Source: Eledone cirrhosa
Taxonomy: Eukaryota
Assembly (NCBI GenBank): GCA_964016885.1
Contig: CAXHJY010001687.1
Location: 62,001 to 126,000 of the forward strand
DNA: 64,000 nucleotides
Reading direction: 5' to 3'
How positions within the stretch are numbered: position 1 is the first letter of the stretch; every line of letters starts with the position of its first letter. The notes beneath the pieces are model-generated. The model did not search any database. It was not told the origin of the DNA and worked only from the letters and a program-made list of their open reading frames with translations. The position numbers and the translations under genes are program-made. Positions 1 to 9,829 of this stretch are shown piece by piece.

Positions 1-261
1 AGTTTAGATGACCAAAACCCTCGAACAATCAAAATACAATACCTGTAAAACACAAGTAAAAACTTCTCAAAAGATCTTTTTATAAGTTTGTTCATGTTAG
101 CATTGATGACCTGGGTAGACTCTGTCAGTGGATGTTAACAGGAAGTGACTGGTATACATTAATCTAGAGCTTAATCTTCAGTTTTCAAAACACTCTTTAG
201 CACTCAAACTTCATTCAGACTAGATTGGGGTTTAGATTAACTTATCAATTTAATAGGAAAC

Positions 262-1005
262 ACATCTACATTGTCTTGATTACTATCTTGTAGACAGACT
301 TCTCATGTCAGCACTCCTGTGCCATGTTGTTCATGCACACCAATACCACACAGTTATCGGGACATACTCACTCCACCTTCTTTGCAGATCCATGTCTCAC
401 TATCATGCAGGTATCGCACATCCTACTTTTTACTCCAAGAAAGAAATCCTCCAGCTAATTCTCACTCTGGCTACCACACATTTAGAGCATCCCCCACAGC
501 AGACTAGGTCACCCAGGTAACAAAAGTCATGAACAACTTCTAGGGAGCCTCCTTTGCAACTCTTGAGGGTATTTGTTTCATATGTTCTTTAATGCTTTCT
601 TCTTTCAGGCATCTGCCACATACAAAGTCTATCTTCTCTGTTAACCTACCTGTAATTCCACTACATCTCTTGTGTGTCCATAGATTACACTGTATACATC
701 TTGCAGAATTTCTGTCTACCCCTTTTTGATATATTGAACAAGAACACATCGCTGACAATATCAGGTTCCTGTCTGCCTTCCTACTTATTAAAACTTTAGT
801 CTTTGCTAAGCTTACTTTTAAGCTTCTCAATTCTAGAATCCTCCTTCATGTCACAATTTTTGCCCCAAACTCCTACATCAATTCAGCTATAAAGACCAGC
901 TCATTGGTATACAGGAGCTTTCATGGAGTGCCAGTCTCAAACTCTTCCATTATGGCTTGAAAAACAATAAACAGAAGTAGATTAAGGACTTCAACTTCAT
1001 CACCT
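262..1005 (-). mobile_element. Degraded RTE-clade LINE fragment (RT C-terminal half plus Cys-rich insert)
   Basis: ORF 540-830 (LKVSLAKTKVL, CSIY..CIQCNLWTHKRCSGI..FVCGRC) matches the RTE copies at 14313 and 24567; frameshifts and stops; lies in an IAP intron. Confidence 0.85.
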
Positions 1006-1322
1006 TGCCCTTTGCCAACTCTCACTCTGTTGGTTGCACCTCCCCTCTGCATATTTTTGACCTCCTGGTGTCAATTCTCAGTAGCAGCTATTTTCTGCTC
1101 TTAATACGAACAACCTCAACTTCCCATCTCTTAAAAACTTTATACTTCTTTGAGCAAGCAACAAGACACTTTTCCAGAACACCATCCTTGCGAGACTGTT
1201 ACTGCAAGCTATGTTCAGAAACAGATAAAAAAAACACTCAAAGAAATGGTCAAATGTCATCTTTATTTTATTAATTTAAATATGATTTTCTAATGAAGTT
1301 TTAATTCTATTTTAAATTTTAG

Positions 1323-1451
1323 GTATTCTCCCGAAATCTCGATATCTTAAATATTCCTGTCTGGATACACCTCCAGTTCTGGCTGTTTTATCTATGGGTT
1401 ATAAACGAAATGTAGTCAAAAGAGTAGTGAAAAATAAAATCAAAGAAACAG
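1323..1451 (+). CDS. IAP/BIRC-type gene, internal exon (UBA domain, first part)
   Basis: Pyrimidine tract and AG at 1321-1322, GT at 1452; 129 nt, phase 1-1; encodes ILPKSRYLKYSCLDTPPVLAVLSMGYKRNVVKRVVKNKIKETG, matching the IAP UBA pattern TPxVxAxLxMGF/Y. Confidence 0.85.
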
Positions 1452-2037
1452 GTAAACCTACTTACTGTTTTGTTTTCTTAATTATTTTCAATATACAAAA
1501 TGAAGCTATCCAATATGTGTTTAATTCATCACCATAACCATTAATGCTTTAACACATTTCTTCTATTCAGTGTGGATATTCTTTTATTGGTTCATTGGTT
1601 TCAGTCATTAGACTGTGGCCTTGCTGGGACAGTCTTGAATTGTCTACAAAATACAAAGGATTTTCTGTATATCTGCCCTTTATCATTTTATCTATGAAGT
1701 ACAAATTTATAAGATCTAATGTGATAACTTGGCTTAAATTCTTAAATTACGTAGATTTTTTTTCCCCTGGTATTTTTTTTATTTGTTATATTGTCATATC
1801 TTTCAAATTTTGTATATTTTTCAAATTTCTATCAGATATTTCGTAATTAATATATCAAAGTATATTTTCTCGTGGATATTTCATTGAAAACTTGCATTTG
1901 CTTTTTTAGTGGAAAATTCATTCAGTTATCTTTCTGCAAACTATCAAGTTAACCATCAATTTCTGGTTAATTTTGTCTTCTTTTAGTAAGTTTTTCAAGA
2001 AAGGGTGAATATAACTGTTTAGTAACTCCTTTGTTAA

Positions 2038-2240
2038 CCCTTTAACATTACTCTATTTACTGTTGTATTTTTGTGGTAAAAGCTTTACCTCACATAATTA
2101 TTTCACATGATATTGAATCTATGAGATTTTGATATTATTTATTTTGAGAACAATACCTTAACATTAGTATGAGCAGCCAGTTTGAACAGAAGGAGGTGAG
2201 GGAATTCTGGCCGGATATGGGCAGTTTAAATGCTAAAGGG
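2038..2240. mobile_element. piggyBac-like MITE
   Basis: TTAA on both sides; TIRs CCCTTTAACATT / AATGCTAAAGGG; homologous copy in opposite orientation at 9347-9545. Confidence 0.7.
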
Positions 2241-2651
2241 TTAATGAAGTTTCAGAACTATTATGTAAAAATATATTAACTGTAGGGTCAAATTTTCCGA
2301 ACTAATCTGTAAAAATATACCAACTATAGGGTCAAATAGATTAGAAGGGAATGATATTGTCAAAAACAAAATCCACTGCCACCACTAGAGTTTTTTATTA
2401 TTTGGTTTACACATTGATATTTCTGATTCAAACTGAAATTATGAAATGAGGCTGATAAGCTTTAATAAATACTTTATCAACTTATACTTTCCTCCAACAA
2501 AATGTTATTTGTTATAAGCCATCAATCTACACATTTATATATTTGAAATACAGATAGAGGCCTAAGAGAGCAATATAAGATTATGAATTTAAGGGTATAG
2601 AAGATTTGAATTATTCAAATATTTTACAAAGACTGATGTTTTTTTTTTCAG

Positions 2652-2789
2652 GTAATTCTTTTTCAAAAGCATCCCAGTTACTAGAAGCAATCCATAAATG
2701 CCCTGATTTTGATGATGATATTGAAGATGTAAGCGATGAAGAGGAGCCTGCCCAAACAACAATAAAAGCTGACACTGAAATGACAGCTA
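2652..2789 (+). CDS. IAP/BIRC-type gene, internal exon (end of UBA and acidic linker)
   Basis: T-tract CAG acceptor ending 2651, GTAAGT donor at 2790; 138 nt, phase 1-1; GNSFSKASQLLEAI continues the UBA helix in frame with the previous exon. Confidence 0.85.
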
Positions 2790-3479
2790 GTAAGTAAATA
2801 AGTGATTATTCCTCTATTTCTATATATATTGAAATGATTGTTAGTAAATATTAAATGATTCCTTTACTATCTATAAAAGTACTGACAGTGAAGTAGCTGC
2901 TACAAAGTGATCCGTCTCTTGTTTTTACATGGATATTAGATAGTTATTGATTCCAAGGCAAGGAAACATCCAGTCTTAAAACTTTCACTGTCTACACCAT
3001 ATTATCTTCAGTTTAAAAATAAATATCTGCTGTACTTTTCACTAAATTCACTAGCCAGAAACTAAGAAGAGAAAATGGCTTTAAAGTAGTTATAACTATC
3101 AACATCATCATCATTTTATTTCCACTTTCCTTGCTGTCATAGGTTGGATAGGTTGTCACAAGACAGGACAGATACCATGCCAAATTTCAGAATGGTTTCT
3201 ATAGCTGGAAGCCTTTCTTTCTGCCAACTAATTTATATTGTGTACTAAGTGTGTTTTATCGTGGCACCAGCACTACTACTTTACATCATGTACTGGGTGC
3301 ATTTTATCATGGCACCAGCACTATCACTTAAATGACACAAAGTCTAAAGAGGTTGTCATGTACTCAGTGAGACATTGTCTAGGTTCATTCTTCAACCTTC
3401 TTACAAGGTTTACTTAGTGTATTCCATCATGAAACCAACACAAGAGAAATTATCCCACCCACTGTAAGCTAAAAGAAAC

Positions 3480-4040
3480 TTCTCCATTCCATGCAGTCTA
3501 CAACCACTCACCACATTAACTTTCAGCCTCTAACTGACACTGCAGAACATTGACAAACCTCTTACTTTCTGCTCAAACTCTTGCTAAACTTGACATCTAA
3601 TTTCTTTTATAGTTACTTGGTATTGATCCTTGCTTTCCAGTTCTTTGTAACCTGTCTTTTAGTTTTTATGGCCCTATCCACAATAGTTTCACTACCATTT
3701 CACCTTCCTCAACCACCAATCTCATCTGTGCTCTTCAGTAGGTTATCTCATAAGAGTTTTTAGCAATTGTCTGTGTTATAGGGCACTAATTCTTCGACTG
3801 TTTTAGGTTTCTGTATGCATTTAACTTGTATTCTTAAGTCACTAACCACCATCTATGTTGGGTGGTATATTCTTCCCTAGGGTAAGTTTTATCACTTACA
3901 GCCATCTGCTTAATGTGTTTTCTAGTGAGAATAAAGTCAATCTGGTTTGTATGTTCTCCTGATTGGTGAGTGACCAGATGGCTGACTAGTTTCCTGAAGT
4001 TTGTGTGACAGGTTATCAAGTCATTTGCAACACAGAACAC
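3480..4040 (-). mobile_element. RTE LINE fragment (end of AP endonuclease and linker); continuation of 5230-5480
   Basis: FCVANDL..TNFRK..HLVTHQSG.HTNQIDFIL is the APE C-terminal motif set; colinear with the APE piece at 5230-5480. Confidence 0.75.
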
Positions 4041-4200
4041 TAACTCTAACCCTAACCCTTACCCTAAGAAAATTACTAAACCTAACACTGACCCTAACCC
4101 TAACCCTAAACATAACCCTAATTCTATCCCTAACACTAACACTAAACCAACCCTAACTCAAACTCTAATCTTCACCTAAATTGACGTAACCCTAAACCTA
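4041..4200. repeat. Degenerate interstitial telomere-type repeat (CCCTAA)n
   Basis: About 160 nt of CCCTAA / CTCTAA / CACTAA units. Confidence 0.85.
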
Positions 4201-4204
4201 ATTT

Positions 4205-5225
4205 ACATGTGGCTGTTGCAGTAAGCAGCAACTGCTCACAGGAAACAAGCGCTATCAAATTCTTGGAAGGTTTTATAGAAGCAGTAGACAGCTTCTGTCA
4301 CCTGATTGACCAAATCAGCAATGGAGGTGTGTGTTCCGAAAAGCACAGTAGCAAGAGTAAGAACAGAGTGGAGAAAGTTCAAGGAGCTACTACTGCTGCT
4401 AGCTACTAAAGGTTTTTCCCTCAAAATGAAGGGCACATTATATGATGTGTATATAGCAACAGCAATGTTGCATGGTATCAAGGACTGGGCGCTGTGTGCA
4501 GAAGACCTGCGAAGATTGGAAAGAAATGAAGCTTCCATACTTCAATGGATGTGTAATAGTAATGTAAATGAACTGGGAGAGAAACTGGGCATAAGAGGAA
4601 TCAGATGCAGTGTGCAAGAGAGGAGATTGCATTGGCATGGACATGTGATGCATATGAAGGATGACAGCTGTATAAAAAGGTGCAGAGTGCTCAAAGTTGA
4701 TAGAAGCTATGGAGTAGGAAGATCTAGCAAGACTCGGGGTGAGGTGATAAAAGCTGACCTTGCACAATTGCACCTCTCAAAGGCTATAGCACAGGACCAA
4801 AATCTCTGGTGTTATGCAGTAATACAGGAGACCTGCCTTCCCCTGTGCACGGGTTGAAGCATATATCTCCCACATCCCTAGATCTACTTCCCCAATCCCC
4901 ACACACCTTCCCACTGTAAAATAGTTGTGTAGGTGTCATGACAAAAAGCACCCAACCCACACTATAAAGAGGTCATGGAGGTGTCACGACAAAAAACACC
5001 CAGCCCACACTGTAAAGTGGTTGTGTAGGTATCACAAAACAAAGCACCCAGTACACATTGTAAATGTGGTTGGCGTTAGGAAGGGCATTCAGTCATAGAA
5101 ACCAAGCCAGAATCAGTTCTGTATGAGCAAGACACAGTCATCTGATCTGACTTGTCTCACCACAGGACAACTCGTCTAACCCATGCTAGCGTGGAAAATG
5201 GACATTAAACGGTGATGATGATGGT
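4205..5225 (+). mobile_element. 5'-truncated RTE LINE with 3' UTR and (GAT)n tail
   Basis: ORF 4306-4857 (WRKFKELL..LERNEASILQWMC..RRLHWHGHVM); family 3' UTR motif TTAGGAAGGGCAT; GATGATGAT tail. Confidence 0.88.
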
Positions 5226-5229
5226 GAAT

Positions 5230-5480
5230 ACCAAGTGCCTTGGTCCTTCTTCATTTCTCATACCAGGTCCATAACTTCCATGTATGCTGGTGTTGTCCAA
5301 TATGTTCATTGAAGCCACCAGTCAAGATATGTATATCATTTTTATTCATCATCAAGGTAATCTGCAAGAGAACCTCAAAGAAGTAGTCCTTCTTTTCATC
5401 TGTAAAGCCAGCTTGTGGTGCATATACAAAGATCAAACTGGTAATTGTATTATTCAAGACAAGTCTAAACTTAAAAATAT
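5230..5480 (-). mobile_element. RTE LINE AP-endonuclease fragment
   Basis: VYAPQAG...GGFNEHIG, a degenerate GDFNxHVG motif. Confidence 0.75.
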
Positions 5481-5537
5481 GTTAGTTGGCCTCAATAAGT
5501 TTAAGTATTTTCCTTGCATATCTGTTGATGCTTTTAA

Positions 5538-5744
5538 CCCACATTTGTTTCTCTGAAACAAAACCACCCTTTTTAAAGATTTCCTTCTTAAATCAAAACA
5601 TTTCAGTATAATTTTATATAAGAACATTTTGTCGTGTTATAAATATCATCTTAGTGAAATTATAATTTTAGTATATACTTATCAAATTTTTCATTAATTA
5701 CTTTAAATAAAGAATAACTCATTTGAAATATAGTAACTAAAGGG
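5538..5744. mobile_element. Second piggyBac-like MITE (degenerate)
   Basis: TTAA-CCC ... AAAGGG-TTAA ends about 207 nt apart. Confidence 0.45.
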
Positions 5745-5910
5745 TTAATTTAAAAAATATATTTCTTTATTTATTACATTTCATTGTATTTCACCAATAC
5801 ATTAATTCTTGATCATATTCATTCTTGATTTTCTTCTCATTATTTTGCATTCTATTATCATGTTTCTGACATTCAAACTGTAAATGTTTTTGTTTTTTTT
5901 TCAACATCAG

Positions 5911-6101
5911 ATGCTGATCTAGTTAAAGAAAATAATATGCTGAAAGAACTAAAGCTTTGTAAAATCTGTTTAGATGAAGAATTGAGTGTGGTGTTTTTAC
6001 CATGTGGCCATTTGGTCAGTTGTGCATCATGTGCACCTGCTCTCAGTAACTGTCCTGTGTGTCGACAAAAGGTCCATGGAATGGTTAAGACATTTTTCTG
6101 A
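5911..6101 (+). CDS. IAP/BIRC-type gene, terminal exon (C3HC4 RING E3 ligase domain)
   Basis: Acceptor ending 5910; NADLVKENNMLKELKLCKICLDEELSVVFLPCGHLVSCASCAPALSNCPVCRQKVHGMVKTFF-stop (TGA 6099-6101) is the typical IAP C-terminal RING. BIR exons would lie upstream of the window. Confidence 0.93.
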
Positions 6102-6252
6102 GGTATGGCTAGATATTTATTGCTGATGGTTGCACAAATATTTCTGATGCAAATCTCTTCTAATTTGATGAAACAAAGTACAGAACTTCATTGTATAGAA
6201 AATACATCCTCTGTGAAAACCTTTTTCAACAAATTTCTGCTTCCTTATTCTC

Positions 6253-6258
6253 AATAAA
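6253..6258 (+). terminator. Candidate polyadenylation signal of the IAP gene
   Basis: AATAAA about 150 nt after the stop codon, followed by T-rich sequence. Confidence 0.5.
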
Positions 6259-6593
6259 ACTATGTATAATTACTATTTTTTTTTCTAAAGTCTATGACAT
6301 TTAATTCAATAACCCTGTTTTGTTTTAGAAAGTTTAAAATTTTGTTTACTGCTCTCTAAATCTGTACACACAAACTCGAATGATTATTTTCTTAATTATT
6401 TTTTCAACTTGATCTCATATGGGAGAAAATTATCATCATCTATTGAATTAAGGATTAATTTGTGTTGATTGATTCTCCTTCTGATAAGAATTTTTTTCTG
6501 TCTGGTTTAAATATTCCATATATGTATGTATTTATATATGTGTGTGTGTGTATGTATGTATGTATGTATATATATATATATATTTATATATAT

Positions 6594-6685
6594 ATTTTAA
6601 AAAAGGAAAAGAATGGTTTCACTTGTAGTTCTAAACAATTTAATTTAATTTTATATGATTTTACAATTTAGTTTTGAAAATCTAG
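6594..6685 (-). repeat. Left arm of the inverted repeat flanking the fusion-protein retrocopy (PLE 3'-end-like)
   Basis: Reverse complement of about 8190-8290; abuts (TA)n on the left and the poly(T) tract on the right. Confidence 0.8.
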
Positions 6686-6743
6686 TTTTTTTTTTTGTTT
6701 TTTTTTTTTAAGCAGACAATGAAGACCACTGTCGGTTTTTCCG

Positions 6744-8117
6744 TCACCCTACATTACTTTATAGTGACTGACACAGAAAAACCACTGGAGAACGAGATAA
6801 ACAATGATAACGCCTATGAGAATGGTATTAATGATGCTAAGCAAAAGGGCAGGCAATCCAAATCAGCCTGAGAAAAGATCAGCAAATCCATGAAGAGACT
6901 TGAGTGAAATATGATGAATTTGGAACGTGGCATCCAATGCATTTTTGAGGTACATAGAGAACTTGTCAACCCAGGTCAAGTTCAGCAAGCTCTCATTCAT
7001 ATATTCAATCTTGATATCCAGGCATGTTACGCGGAAAGAAGCAGGGACGGAGATATTGTCAAGATGTTTGAAGTACCAATTAGGGAGGCCTGGGACAGAG
7101 ATTTTGTGCTTCTCGCTCTTGACTTACTGACCTACAAAAAACCCTTCAAATTGGTACAAACAATCCGCTATAGGGCAGATCATCAGAGTTCCTTCATAAA
7201 TCATGTGCAGGCCCTGAAGTGCCGCCTGAATATCATCAAGAGCAGGTCGTTTTCAAAAGCTACGGTGGAGGCGGTCCATGAGATTCTCCCAGTTTACGAA
7301 CCACTCGGGGATATACCCATGCTTGAATGACAGCTTCACATTTTTGGCGATCCTGTTTTAGGAGATGGACATGGAGCAAGGTATAATAATGCTCCAAGAG
7401 GCCGGCACAGCACATTGACGTGACCATACGTGCCATCACGAAAATAGCTTGCTGTGTTTCTCGTTTGAGAGTCTGTATTTCGGAGTGAAGACTGGTTTGG
7501 ACCGCACTCAATGCGGCAATAAGTTTGTCCAGGTTCCTCTTGGTCTCCTCATGAAACGCCTTCTCTGCCTCAATAAATTGGATCATCAGGTCCCTGAGTT
7601 GTTTCATAGTTAATCCTGTCTTCTGGAGCGTGATTTCAATATTATCGAAATTCTGGTTGATCTCGCACTCAAGAGCCTCCACTTTTGCTAGAGCGGCAGA
7701 GCCCACTCCCAGTCGACATAGCCAAGGATGAGGCCTGCGAATCGCTTCATATGTGGCTGGGGAGTCAGTAGACGAAGCAAACTACAATTCATCTGATGAG
7801 AGCAATGTATGGAAAGAAAGTTAGCTAATGAGTCCAAAGTGACTTGCGTTTCATCAGGAGCTTTATTGATGAAGATCACATAGGATTTGATAGAAGTTGG
7901 GATGACAAGAAATCCTTGATACTCAATCCACCCGCTGAGATCTTCATGCCAACCTTCCATATAAGGGGGAATGGCGGCTATCACATTGGTCTGGAGGTCG
8001 AGTTGTAGAACAAGATCTGTAGGGGGCTTGTCCTGGGATCAGGTTCTCCTGCCACCGAGAGTCGGTCGAAATGCCTGAAGCGATGGGACGAACGAAAGAG
8101 ATAAGGAAAAACAGCAT
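6744..8117 (-). pseudogene. Degraded class I (F-type) viral fusion glycoprotein gene; candidate endogenous viral element, about 455 codons
   Basis: Manual minus-strand reconstruction: ATG 8117 MLFFLISFVRPIASG (signal-like); HMKR/FAGLILGYVxLGVGSAALAKV (basic cleavage site and fusion peptide); long heptad helix (ORF 7260-7706); KHGYIPEWFVNWENLMDRL; sequons NCS, NIS, NES, NLT; TM FGLPALLLSIINTILIGVIIVYLVLQWFFC; stop 6744-6746. Three frameshifts (about 8040, 7712, 7355) and three internal stops (7253, 7124, 6863). Poly(A) at 6686-6709. Confidence 0.78.
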
Positions 8118-8189
8118 GTCGGAACAATCTTAAAAGACCAGTTTTTCCGTCACTGGATTCTGGGTGTTGGCTCTTGGGAGCTTATGTTC

Positions 8190-8327
8190 TGGAGTTTTAT
8201 TAAACTAAATTGTAAAATTATAATATTATAAAATTAAATTAAATTGTTTAAAACTACAAGTGAAGTCATTCTTTTCCTTTTTTTTAAATATACCTAATTG
8301 TACCAAGGATTTCACACATTTTCCAAT
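8190..8327 (+). repeat. Right arm of the inverted repeat flanking the retrocopy (PLE 3'-end-like)
   Basis: Inverted copy of 6594-6685 plus about 35 extra nt, ending in (TA)n; AT-rich ...AAGTGAA... layout like post-ribozyme pLTR segments elsewhere in the window. Confidence 0.75.
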
Positions 8328-8367
8328 ATATATATATATTTTTATATATATATATATATATATAAAT

Positions 8368-9040
8368 AAATACAATATCGGAGAAAGCTTTTTAGCGATA
8401 CTCTGGCCAAATTCCAACTCACTCAACAAACATTAGGAAATAAGTGATTATATTCCCAATTATGTGTTCGGGGTGCTAACTAAAAGTATTGCGTGGAAAA
8501 TTGGCTGTATTATTTCAAATGAGACATATCTAATATATCTCTTCCCAGGCGGACGTCTCGTTTCATTATAGGATTCCTACAATTTGGGTGAAATTATACC
8601 AATTTATGTAGGAGCTTGTATACCATCAATAGATATATATTCAAGTGGGCTCCTATAATTCATCAGTGGGGGCCCCAATAATACTAATATTGATAATCTA
8701 ACCAACATCAGCATTTAGCGATAATCACTTTCTGTGCCTGAGGTATCTGTCAGGTTGCCAGTCCAGCAGTTCTGAAAGAAGTGCTCGAACTGATTCAAAA
8801 AATGAGGAAGTGAATTACCGCCAAAAAAAACAATACATGCGCGTGACAATGAACTCTGAAAGGAATTCAGGCCACGTGCTAAGAACTCAATTGGAAATTG
8901 AAAAAATATCTATGTGTGTACAACATTTGATGACACACACAGATATTTTCTCGGGCAAAATAACAGAATGAGATATAAGGAACAATCAATATTCATATAT
9001 AAAAAATAAACAAAGAGATGCTAACCTTATACCGGGAATT
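8368..9040 (-). mobile_element. Non-coding hammerhead-bearing element, diverged relative of the 999-nt family at 38218
   Basis: Reverse complement of 8368-8670 aligns by eye with 39168-39481 (TAGTTAGCACCCC, TGTTTGTTGAGTGAG, 3' end TATTGTATT); flanked by (TA)n. Confidence 0.75.
8544..8670 (-). ncRNA. Hammerhead ribozyme with large stem II insertion
   Basis: ccca CTGATGA attatagga...tcctataat GAAA cg-aga-cg TC (cgcc) tggg; stem I needs a 4-nt bulge. Confidence 0.65.
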
Positions 9041-9346
9041 TATATATATATATATATATAATGAATATATATGTATGCATGTATATAAATATATATGTAT
9101 ATAAACATATATGTGTATATATATAATAATAATAATTGTATATAAATGTGTGGGTAGTAGTAGTAATAGCAGTAATTCATTTTATTCTTCTGATAAACAG
9201 TTTTATCTTTATGAAAAGAATCTTGTTTGTGTGGTTTAAATATACCACACAACATTTCTCCCTGTGTCTCTCTCTATAGTAACTAACCTAAAAACTATCA
9301 AATGTTTAACTGCCATTCCATATATGACTATGTTAGTTTTTCTTAA

Positions 9347-9545
9347 CCCATTAACATTTAAACCGTCTATATTTGATCAGAATTCTCTCACCTCTTTCTG
9401 TTCAAACTGGCCATAACCGGCTGCTCATACTTATGTTAAGGTATTGTTCTCAAAATAAATAATATCAAAATCTCATAGATTCAATATTCTGTGAGATAAA
9501 GCCTTTACCATGAAAATATAATAGTAAATATAGAGTAATGTAGGG
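9347..9545. mobile_element. piggyBac-like MITE, same family as 2038-2240
   Basis: TTAA-CCC...GGG-TTAA; interior is the reverse complement of the 2038 copy. Confidence 0.7.
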
Positions 9546-9829
9546 TTAATACTTTTTAATGAAAACCTACTAAAATTGGTAATATCAGATCAGAACAAGA
9601 GACACTACTTACTATTTACTCAGCATTTATATAAAAATGCCATATTTTCAGATATTTGCAAACATTTTGTTTCACCAAATAACAATGCTCTTCTCTATCT
9701 TTTAGTTTGTATTCTGCCAAAAATTAATTAAGATCCATCACTGTTAAGACCATAAATTCTAATATCAAACAGTTTCCAATTTCATAAATATACTTTTAGC
9801 TGCCATTATCATTGTTGTTGTTGTTTGAG

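Noticed and set aside
4041-4200. True chromosome end
   Set aside because: Short, degenerate and inside an intron.
6911-7330. 139-aa plus-strand ORF in the GC-richer island
   Set aside because: It is the codon-aligned antisense frame of the fusion-protein pseudogene and has no recognisable motif; signal peptide, fusion peptide, TM and poly(A) are all on the minus strand.
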